From the IMG/VR virus record IMGVR_UViG_3300029267_003207: a stretch of DNA of 64,000 nucleotides; one strand, given 5' to 3'. Positions 27,272-34,921 of this stretch are shown here, piece by piece (position 1 is the stretch's first letter; each line of letters starts with the position of its first letter). The notes below the pieces were generated by a model. That model was not told the origin of the DNA. It saw nothing but the letters and a program-made list of their open reading frames with translations, and did not search any database. Both the position numbers and the translations under genes were made by a program. The stretch is from a virus (Duplodnaviria > Heunggongvirae > Uroviricota > Caudoviricetes).

Positions 27272-28136
27272 AAGTTTTCCTTTTTCTAAGTTTTCCCTTA
27301 TTTAGGTTTTCTTTTTTTCTAGCTAGGGATTTTTTCACTTTTTCAACATACTCTTTTTGAGAGACACTATCTTGATGTGTCACCCAGTCTAGTGCCTTGT
27401 TCCAAATGTCTTCAGGTGTATCTTCGTCTAAAATTAGAAGTCGGCCCGCGACTCCAGTTTCACGTTCACGTAAAATTTGACGGAGTGATCTTAGTGAGGG
27501 CTTTAACTTGAATTCAGTTTGGATTTTTTCATTAGTTTCAAATAGCAGGGCTTCGCTAATTAGTTTTAGTTTGCGATCTACATAACTTTGAAATTCTTGT
27601 GTGCTATATTCTAAGCAGAAATCGACACACTCTTTTTGAACCTCAACGGGTAATTTAGCCATTGCCAATTGAGATTTTAGTGATGTTTTACTTATACGCT
27701 CGGCTACCTCCTCGTCTAGTCTGTTTAAAGAAAGAATTTTACGTACCCAATCTACTGGCTTTGATATTGCTGAAGCGAGACGATATAAGTCAAGAGATGG
27801 GTCTTTTAACAAAAGCAATTTTAAGTGTTTGGCGAATTCATATTTACTTGTAGGAATAAAAGAAGAGTTCATTTTTATCTGCATTATCAAGCAGTCAGAG
27901 TCCGTAAGATCAAGCACCTTACATGGAACCTCCTTTAAATTAAGTTGTACGGCACACTCTAGTCGGTGCATTCCGTCAACTAATTCGAACCGGGCTCCTT
28001 TTTTCCTGACGATTAAATCTTGCAAAATACCGCTGTCCTTGATAGAATCCCTTAGGGCAAGAAAATCTATGCTCCAAGTTTTCACTGGGCGAAGAAGAAC
28101 TTTAGGTTGGTCTATCAATTTGCGGTCAATGTTCAT
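27264..28136 (-). CDS. ParB-like nuclease domain protein (second paralogue)
   Basis: KKGARFELVDGMHRLECA matches the ParB N-terminal core (GxRxxxVDGxHR). Confidence 0.6.
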   Translation of the reverse strand: MNIDRKLIDQPKVLLRPVKTWSIDFLALRDSIKDSGILQDLIVRKKGARFELVDGMHRLECAVQLNLKEVPCKVLDLTDSDCLIMQIKMNSSFIPTSKYEFAKHLKLLLLKDPSLDLYRLASAISKPVDWVRKILSLNRLDEEVAERISKTSLKSQLAMAKLPVEVQKECVDFCLEYSTQEFQSYVDRKLKLISEALLFETNEKIQTEFKLKPSLRSLRQILRERETGVAGRLLILDEDTPEDIWNKALDWVTHQDSVSQKEYVEKVKKSLARKKENLNKGKLRKRKTYE

Positions 28137-28142
28137 GCTAGT

Positions 28143-28170
28143 ATTATAACAAAAACCCTGAAAAAGTCAA
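28143..28170 (-). promoter_or_regulatory. sigma70-like promoter reading leftward; likely leaderless transcript for the ParB-like gene
   Basis: On the minus strand: TTGACT, 16-nt spacer, TATAAT. The -10 ends 6 nt before the ATG at 28136, leaving no room for an SD. Confidence 0.45.
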
Positions 28171-28382
28171 TACTAAAAACAGGTAGGAAAAAAAATTTTT
28201 TTAACTAACCAAAATTGGGGGCACGTTAAAAATACGCCGCAAACTCTCTATATAGAGTTTCTTCACTTTTCTTTTTATTTACTTTTCTCACATATGTAAC
28301 TTTTCTATTTTTTCAACAAACCCCCTATAATAAGTAATAACTACTAAAGAGGGGTTTGAAAAAGATTAAAGAGGGGTACTCC

Positions 28383-28422
28383 AATTGACGTAAGATCTTA
28401 CCACACAAGAACTTACGTCAAT
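28383..28422. promoter_or_regulatory. Palindromic operator-like site in the divergent intergenic region
   Basis: aattgacgtaag - 16 nt - cttacgtcaatt is a perfect 12-bp inverted repeat, and the inner gtaagatcttac is itself palindromic. Nearby direct repeats aaagaggggt x2 at 28348..28378. Confidence 0.4.
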
Positions 28423-28661
28423 TTATCTTTCTCTCTTTTTTTACCTCACACCTCCACTAGAAGGGGAAAGTCATTTTTTTTGTTTTCTCTTTTTCATTCA
28501 ACTAGTACCTCATAGGTGGGGCACTTATTCGCGCACCCCTCAAAGGAGTTAAAAAACAAAACCGGCCTTTTTTGGGCATTTTTCGTCATTTTTCGGGGGG
28601 TTTGTTGAGCTTCAAATGACATGTTTTTTGCTCTTTTCCATCCCGTTTTGTCTTTTTACTC

Positions 28662-28690
28662 TTGACAAACCATCCTTCTCATTATATAAT
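28662..28690 (+). promoter_or_regulatory. Consensus sigma70 promoter for the rightward replication operon
   Basis: TTGACA (28662-28667), 17-nt spacer, TATAAT (28685-28690). AAGGAG SD at 28711-28716. Confidence 0.6.
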
Positions 28691-28723
28691 TGTGGTATTA
28701 TTTGCAAACTAAGGAGATATGTT

Positions 28724-31438
28724 TTGTTAAAAATTCGCGAAGCTGTTGCTAATTTTTTGAGAAATACTGCTGACCAGAATAAGACTCTAGTTAGCTGGTG
28801 GCACCCTGAACTTGAAACCCAGGTTCAAGTTCTAAGTAATACTGGTGAGAAAACTGACTTTGGCGGATTCACCAAAGATGGCGACACTTGGTGGCATATT
28901 CGTTGGCCTAAAAATGGAAAGACTACTCCTACTTGGAAGCCTAAGACTCAAACATTTGATCTCTCTAAGTACGCTGAATCTATTGGGACATCTGGGTGGA
29001 ATTGGGAAGACCACACAAGCGAATTTGTGTGCTTTGATCTGGATAGTGTCGAAAACCACGCAGAAGGACTCTCAGATTCAGAGCTTAATGAATTCATAGA
29101 AAAGGGCGCAGCCTGTGATTATGTAGATGTTTTCTCTTCCACTAGTGGGAAAGGTATTCATTATTATGTTCGCTTTGACCCTGAAAGTTTACCGCCGTCT
29201 GCCAATAGAGTTGAACACAAGACAGTAGCTCATTATGTTCTTAGTAAGCTGAAGCAGGATATAGGCGATAATCTAATAGCTAAACTTGATGTCTGCGGTA
29301 ACATTTTCTGGATTTGGTCCAGAAGAATGACAGATAAAAGCTACCAACATCTTAGCTCCGCAACACGTTTACTCCGATATGATGAAGATTTTGTCGACGG
29401 CTGGAAAGAAAAAGCTGAGGTGGTGAAAACTCCGTACACCACAAAGAGAATCATAACCTCTTATTTCGGTTCTGCCAATCTCAGTAAAGAGCATACAAAA
29501 ATTGCCAATGCTCTTTCTAAAAGCGGCTATAGTTTTGCATATGACCAGTCTGAAAAACGTATAACAACCCATACAAAAGCGCTGCAAGAATTATCTAAGA
29601 GTATGGATAATTTCGTAGGGGCCTTCACTACAAAATCAACCGGAGCGGACACAAAGCAGAATTGTTTCATGTTTCCAGTGGATAATGGCGGGTTCACTGT
29701 TTTTCGTTTTGGCAATGTTAAAGAAGATTTTCCATGGAAGGAATCTAAAAACAAAAACTGCTATTGTATGTTCAACAGTCCTATGGACCCAGTTGAGACC
29801 TTTCTACACTTTAATTTAGAGCATCAACCCAAACATAGTTCCAGGAAGGAGAGATTCTGCGCTGATTGTTTTGAGTCTCTTATCGATGCTCTTAAATTTC
29901 TGGGCTGTGACCATTTCCTAGATGAAAGTATTAAGGAGTTTGTAGACAAGTTTTATATTGAATTGGTTCCTACCACTTCTGATTCACTGAAAATTTGTGT
30001 TGATTCACAATATAAGGAAGCGATTAAAAATCGTGGATTTCAGGAATACTCAAGAGGGCATTTCAAATCTAAGGTTTTGAAATACAAACACAACAGATTT
30101 GGTGTCTATAAAGATAATAAAAAGGATCGCGACGCTCTCCTCAAAGATGATCAAATTATTGAAGTTGAAGGCTTGGAACATATAGCTAGGCACACAAAAC
30201 AACAGGCCATTTATGGAGTAGACTCAACTCAAGAGGGTCAATGGTGGGTTGGCTCAGATATTCCTGGAGAAGGACATAGATTTTGTAGAGTTAGAGGTGA
30301 TAATGATGTTGTAAAAGTTCTACAGTCAGAATATCCAGGAATGTCTGTAGAAACCGCTAAGATTATTTGCGGGGATTTGATAAAAAATCCATGGCTCATA
30401 ACTTGTGTACCATTTCAACCTGAGTATAGCAGAGCTAAGCAGTGGAATATGAGTGCCCCAAAGTTAGTTTTTAAGCCAGCCAATTTGGATGATTGTGAGC
30501 AAGCAACCCATCCTACTTGGGATAAGATTTTTTCGCATTGTGGTCAAGAGCTAGATGAAGTTTTAAAAGACCAACCATGGTATGGTCGCTGGGGACTCCA
30601 TACAGGTAAAGAATATCTAACAGCTTGGACTGCTTGTATGCTATTCGAACCAGACAAAAAACTACCGTATCTATTTCTTCATGGCAACCAAGAGACAGGA
30701 AAATCTTCTTTTCACGAAGCCATACGTCTTTTGATACAGGGAGGTGTTGAAGAGGGGTCGCGGCCCTTAACCAACACAAGCTCTTTCAATGGGCAACTAG
30801 AAGGAACTGTTTTAGTATATATCGAGGAAATAGATTTGTCAAGAAAAAAGCAACAGCAGAATATAGCGTATGAAAGGATCAAGGACTGGACAGTTAGCCC
30901 TTATCTATCTCTAAGGCACATGTATCGACCACCATATTTTGTCAAAAACTATTTGCATTTTGTTCAGGTTGCCAATCAAGTTAGTGCTTGCCCTATTGAT
31001 CAAGATGATACCAGAGTGACAGCTTTATTGGTTCCACCGATAGAAGGAGAAAAGATTCCCACAAATACGCGTGATCAAAGGTTACGAGATGAGGCGCCGA
31101 ATTTTATGGTCACATTAAAACGAGCGCATCGGCGTCTTCCTCCTATGGAAGGAAGGCTAAGGATACCTGTTGTTAAGACCCAGAGTAAATGTCAAGTTAT
31201 TGAGACATTAAGTAATGAACTAATGACTTTTGTTCGTGAAAACTGTCTGGAAAAAAGAACTAAATACACGTCTTTTGGTACATTTTATACTAAGTTCATG
31301 GAGAAATCTCCTTCTGATGTTCATGAGGGTTCTTGGTCTACTAGTAAGGTGAAACGAGAACTTTTAAATAATCATATTGCTGTTGAAGGCTCTGGCAATT
31401 CAGCAACTATTAAAGGTTTAATTTTGAAAGAGGAATAA
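28724..31438 (+). CDS. DNA primase-helicase (AEP/PrimPol domain plus D5-like SF3 helicase); probable TTG start
   Basis: AEP motifs VCFDLDSV and SSTSGKGIHYYV. SF3 helicase Walker A LFLHGNQETGKSS and Walker B TVLVYIEEID. TTG at 28724 sits 7 nt after AAGGAG, whereas the ORF-track ATG at 28616 lies upstream of the promoter. Confidence 0.75.
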   Translation: MLKIREAVANFLRNTADQNKTLVSWWHPELETQVQVLSNTGEKTDFGGFTKDGDTWWHIRWPKNGKTTPTWKPKTQTFDLSKYAESIGTSGWNWEDHTSEFVCFDLDSVENHAEGLSDSELNEFIEKGAACDYVDVFSSTSGKGIHYYVRFDPESLPPSANRVEHKTVAHYVLSKLKQDIGDNLIAKLDVCGNIFWIWSRRMTDKSYQHLSSATRLLRYDEDFVDGWKEKAEVVKTPYTTKRIITSYFGSANLSKEHTKIANALSKSGYSFAYDQSEKRITTHTKALQELSKSMDNFVGAFTTKSTGADTKQNCFMFPVDNGGFTVFRFGNVKEDFPWKESKNKNCYCMFNSPMDPVETFLHFNLEHQPKHSSRKERFCADCFESLIDALKFLGCDHFLDESIKEFVDKFYIELVPTTSDSLKICVDSQYKEAIKNRGFQEYSRGHFKSKVLKYKHNRFGVYKDNKKDRDALLKDDQIIEVEGLEHIARHTKQQAIYGVDSTQEGQWWVGSDIPGEGHRFCRVRGDNDVVKVLQSEYPGMSVETAKIICGDLIKNPWLITCVPFQPEYSRAKQWNMSAPKLVFKPANLDDCEQATHPTWDKIFSHCGQELDEVLKDQPWYGRWGLHTGKEYLTAWTACMLFEPDKKLPYLFLHGNQETGKSSFHEAIRLLIQGGVEEGSRPLTNTSSFNGQLEGTVLVYIEEIDLSRKKQQQNIAYERIKDWTVSPYLSLRHMYRPPYFVKNYLHFVQVANQVSACPIDQDDTRVTALLVPPIEGEKIPTNTRDQRLRDEAPNFMVTLKRAHRRLPPMEGRLRIPVVKTQSKCQVIETLSNELMTFVRENCLEKRTKYTSFGTFYTKFMEKSPSDVHEGSWSTSKVKRELLNNHIAVEGSGNSATIKGLILKEE

Positions 31439-31830
31439 TGTTAAAAGATTCAGGAACACGACGTGAATTCACAAATGGAGCTGTGCGAGACGCACAAGAG
31501 GGTAAAGGTCGTTTCGACTTACTACCTTGGGATTCTTTGTGGGAACTTTCAAAGGTTTTCGAAAAGGGCGCTAATAAATATTCAGCCAGAAACTGGGAGA
31601 AAGGTATAAATTACTCCGCGTTCTTAGATTCAGGAATACGTCATTTGGTCAAATTTCAATTAGGTTGGGTAGATGAACCACATCTAGCTATGGCAGCTTG
31701 GAATATTCTTTGTCTATTGACAACAGCTATTAGAGTGAATAAAGGTACGCTTCCTCCTGAGTTAGCTGATCTACCTTTTGCTAAGTTTATCAGCGTGTCT
31801 GAATTGGAGTTAGATAATGAAGTTTCCTGA
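31438..31830 (+). CDS. putative nucleotide pyrophosphohydrolase-like protein (dATP/dGTP diphosphohydrolase N-domain-like)
   Basis: GKGRFDLLPW...LSKVFEKGANKYSARNWEKG resembles, from memory, the phage dATP/dGTP diphosphohydrolase N-terminal family. Confidence 0.35.
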   Translation: MLKDSGTRREFTNGAVRDAQEGKGRFDLLPWDSLWELSKVFEKGANKYSARNWEKGINYSAFLDSGIRHLVKFQLGWVDEPHLAMAAWNILCLLTTAIRVNKGTLPPELADLPFAKFISVSELELDNEVS

Positions 31831-32461
31831 AATTATAAACTACCATGGTATAAGATCAGCTAGCAGCAATTTATTGTGTGCTATTGACTGTGAGACATCT
31901 GGAACTGAAGCTGGATACCATGAGATTCTTCAGTTAGCTATTCAACCATTAGATGAAAATTTCAAGCCGTATGAAAACATCCTACCTTTCTATGTGTACC
32001 TCAAACCGGACTACCCTGAAAGGGCCACTAGAAAAGCACTTCAAGTGAACGGAATGGACTTGGAGAACCTGAAAAGATTTGGCGTCTCTCAAGAGAAATG
32101 CCATGACTTGTTGATCGACTGGTATAATTCGTTGAAACTGAGTAGCAGTAGGCGTTTATTGCCGCTAGCGCAAAATTGGCCTTTTGATTATAGTTTCCTA
32201 AATAGTTGGTTGGGTCCAGATTTGTTTGGAGAGATTTTTGCCCCACACTATAGAGATACAATGGAGCTTGCTTTAATCATAGCTGATTTACATGCAATGG
32301 GAGGTAGTAGGATACCTTTCAACGCATACAACCTAAAATCACTTTGCAGTTTTTTTGGTGTGACATATAGCCCTGAGTCACATGATGCTTTGGAAGATGC
32401 TCTTGCTGCCTCTAAAGTATACCCACTAGAACTTAATTTTTTAAGGCATTTGTTGAATTGA
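31817..32461 (+). CDS. DnaQ-like (DEDDh) 3'-5' exonuclease
   Basis: Exo I AIDCETSG, Exo II WPFDYSFL, Exo III HDALEDALA. Confidence 0.75.
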   Translation: MKFPEIINYHGIRSASSNLLCAIDCETSGTEAGYHEILQLAIQPLDENFKPYENILPFYVYLKPDYPERATRKALQVNGMDLENLKRFGVSQEKCHDLLIDWYNSLKLSSSRRLLPLAQNWPFDYSFLNSWLGPDLFGEIFAPHYRDTMELALIIADLHAMGGSRIPFNAYNLKSLCSFFGVTYSPESHDALEDALAASKVYPLELNFLRHLLN

Positions 32462-32832
32462 CTAATTTGATTAAACACGCCCGCGAGCATGTTGAGTTGC
32501 CCTGTAAGTATTCTGCAAATCAGTGTCATTTTACTTATATAATGGACGGGTCAAGAATTGTTTCCTGGGGATACAATAAGGTTAAGAAGACACACCCTTT
32601 AGCTAAAAAATATGGGCATTTGTTTAACTGCATTCATAGTGAACTTGACGCTCTGATTAAAGCCAGAGATTCTCTTGACAAGTGTAAAGTAGTGAATGTC
32701 AGGATTAAGAAAAATGGGAATGTTGGCCTATCTAAACCTTGTCCGCAATGTCAAAAAATGCTAGAGGATCATGGTGTTGAGAGAGTTTATTATACAACAG
32801 AGAATGGTTTTGAGGTTTTGGAACTATGTTAA
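32458..32832 (+). CDS. CDA-fold zinc-dependent deaminase (second deaminase in the window)
   Basis: CIHSELDAL (H-x-E) and PCPQCQKML (PCxxC) in a 124-aa protein. Confidence 0.55.
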   Translation: MTNLIKHAREHVELPCKYSANQCHFTYIMDGSRIVSWGYNKVKKTHPLAKKYGHLFNCIHSELDALIKARDSLDKCKVVNVRIKKNGNVGLSKPCPQCQKMLEDHGVERVYYTTENGFEVLELC

Positions 32833-33317
32833 TAGATGCTGCTGAAATTTTGATGGCAGATTTAAAACATCTAGATATAAGCAGAAGAAGCAGTAATCTG
32901 ACGATACTTGCAAGAGTTAAACAACTTGTTGGCCTATCAGATGTTGAAGCTTTTTGTTTATATCTTTTAATGCAGAAGTATAACTGTGAGATAAAAAAAG
33001 GACGGGGTGAAGATTTTATTTTAGAGTATTCTGACGGTTTTAAAGAAAAGTTAAAAGAACTCTGCAAGTGTAAAGGGTCAAAGCTTCTAAGCTGTGCTCT
33101 TTCTCTGTATGATAAAAGATATAAAGACGCTCTCTTTTTATTTAACGATATAAATCTCCAAGAAGTAAAAAGCCGTTGGATGCCTTATGACGTAACTTTA
33201 GACGCCCTTACTTGCACTAAGTTTTCCGTAAGGGAGAATAAAGTAAGGTTTAAAACAACTGGAAAAGATATACGAGTAACATTTGAAACGAGACCAGCAT
33301 GCTTAAACGAATACTGA
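32826..33317 (+). CDS. hypothetical protein
   Basis: 163-aa ORF; start overlaps the upstream stop. Confidence 0.4.
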   Translation: MLIDAAEILMADLKHLDISRRSSNLTILARVKQLVGLSDVEAFCLYLLMQKYNCEIKKGRGEDFILEYSDGFKEKLKELCKCKGSKLLSCALSLYDKRYKDALFLFNDINLQEVKSRWMPYDVTLDALTCTKFSVRENKVRFKTTGKDIRVTFETRPACLNEY

Positions 33318-33778
33318 GTAAAGATATACGAAAAAACATCATCTGGGCCGCAACTCCAGAGATGCAATGTTATAATTTTGTTAGACTTTACCAGTCTATA
33401 TTCGACAATGTATTAGACGCATACGCATATGCTAGAGTTTTATTTCGTGAAGGAATTTTTCAGGATTCAAATCTAGAAAGTAAAACATTTCTCTATGACG
33501 ACCAAGTATTTTTAAAGTCCGTAACATTAAAATCTATTGCGGCTCTAAATCGCCATCCCGAACATATTTCTTTTGATTATTACTTATATGAGGTGCTATC
33601 CTTTCCATATAAATGTGATATTGTTAATCTTCAGGAGCTTCAGGATGCTCGGTCTCTTCCTCTTGGGGTTCAACTTCAAGATACTCTCTCTGATTCTCGA
33701 TGGATTGATCAATTTGATCTACCTCTTCAGGTTCCGGCGATTCGACTTTCTCTTCCTCTTGAACTTGTCGAGCCTTGA
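33299..33778 (+). CDS. hypothetical protein (C-terminal part overlaps an antisense ORF)
   Basis: 159-aa ORF. The 3' ~150 nt overlaps the minus-strand ORF 33624..33890. Confidence 0.35.
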   Translation: MLKRILSKDIRKNIIWAATPEMQCYNFVRLYQSIFDNVLDAYAYARVLFREGIFQDSNLESKTFLYDDQVFLKSVTLKSIAALNRHPEHISFDYYLYEVLSFPYKCDIVNLQELQDARSLPLGVQLQDTLSDSRWIDQFDLPLQVPAIRLSLPLELVEP

Positions 33779-33902
33779 CCTTCTGACTTCTCAGCCATGC
33801 ATCTCTATCTTTCCGTTTTGCAAAGTAAGGAATACGGTTGATTCCTGAATAGTCAATCCCTAATTTTTTACCACAACATTTTTTAGCCATGAGAGTTCTC
33901 CT

Positions 33903-34379
33903 ATGAATTTACGTGAGTATTTAAGCAAAAATTTTGTAAAAGAAGCTGGTGTAACTTATGAAGGTGCTAGTACCTATCTGTCAACTTATTCAGCTTATGA
34001 AATAACTAATAAAGTCCCTAACCTTAGCCAGTCACAATATTATTACTTGTTTCTGCGCCTATTCTCAACTCCATTGCGAATTAAGAAGAGCAGATTATTT
34101 GGTGACGAGGTTGTAATTGGTGTCTTTTTAAATAATGTAGACAAGCTCGTTGAGTCTATTGATAAGTGCCCAACCGATCTTTTGGAGTTTGTAAGTTGGC
34201 ACGTTAAGGAACTTGGTATCGCTACGTTTGATATTGAGTCAGCAGAAATTATAACATCTGAGCCTTGTGCTAGGAATTTTCCAACAGCATTGAAAATTAG
34301 AACTGTTGGAAACTCGGTTCTTGTTTCCGGCGACAAAAATCACAATAGTAAGTATATTCTTGCTCTACCTAAAGCTTAA
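33903..34379 (+). CDS. hypothetical protein
   Basis: 158-aa ORF. It is convergent with the SPFH gene, and their stop codons overlap. Confidence 0.4.
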   Translation: MNLREYLSKNFVKEAGVTYEGASTYLSTYSAYEITNKVPNLSQSQYYYLFLRLFSTPLRIKKSRLFGDEVVIGVFLNNVDKLVESIDKCPTDLLEFVSWHVKELGIATFDIESAEIITSEPCARNFPTALKIRTVGNSVLVSGDKNHNSKYILALPKA

Positions 34380-34921
34380 TCTTCCCCCACTGAGAAACCA
34401 CCTTCTGTAAATATTTTCAACATTTTGCAGGTAGTGAAGTCAGTAAAAGCGGCTCTTTGGACTAATAGTCCAAAGGGCCGCAATTCTTTTCGGCACTCTT
34501 CCGTGAGTTCCTTTTCGACCGCATCGCAGAGGTTTTTTAGTAAATATTCTAAAGGCCATTTTGAAACAATTCTTACGATGGCCGCTTGCGTTATATCTCC
34601 AATAGTTGTGTCGACATCCCAGTTCTTTTCACCATAAGCTAGAACTGCGTTATTTATTCTATAGACTACTACCCCACTAACAGTTACTTGCTTATGATCC
34701 AAAGTAAGTAGTGACTGAGAGGACGGATTTACCGTCTGGCGGGCCACAACAACCATTTCGACTTCTGATACCAATGGCCAGTATACATGCAGTCCTGGGG
34801 CCATCTCGACCGCTGTATGGCCTCTACGCCACTTAATTCCCCTATGAGTAGCCCTAACAATTAGTAACCGAGGAATTACCGATAAAACAGCCTGAAAAAT
34901 TTGGGATAAAAGGTCAAACAT
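34376..34921 (-). CDS. SPFH/band-7 domain protein
   Basis: HVYWPL..VVVARQTVN..LTLDHKQVTVSGVVVYRINNAVLAY..IGDITQAAIVRIVSKWPLEYLL follows the SPFH pattern (VDA.V.YRI.DP.KA...LAQ..LR). Confidence 0.55.
   Translation of the reverse strand: MFDLLSQIFQAVLSVIPRLLIVRATHRGIKWRRGHTAVEMAPGLHVYWPLVSEVEMVVVARQTVNPSSQSLLTLDHKQVTVSGVVVYRINNAVLAYGEKNWDVDTTIGDITQAAIVRIVSKWPLEYLLKNLCDAVEKELTEECRKELRPFGLLVQRAAFTDFTTCKMLKIFTEGGFSVGED

Noticed and set aside
28555-28600. aaaaccggccttttttgggcatttttcgtcatttttcggggggtttg looked like a terminator or DnaA-box cluster
   Set aside because: The ccggcc core cannot form a stable stem (it is self-palindromic with no loop) and there is no DnaA-box consensus. It is left as unexplained AT-rich spacer upstream of the rightward promoter.
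28616-28723. The ATG at 28616 given by the ORF track as the primase-helicase start
   Set aside because: That stretch contains the TTGACA-17-TATAAT promoter and the SD. A TTG at 28724, 7 nt after AAGGAG, is the plausible start, and the upstream 36 codons (MTCFLLFSIPF...) are hydrophobic junk.
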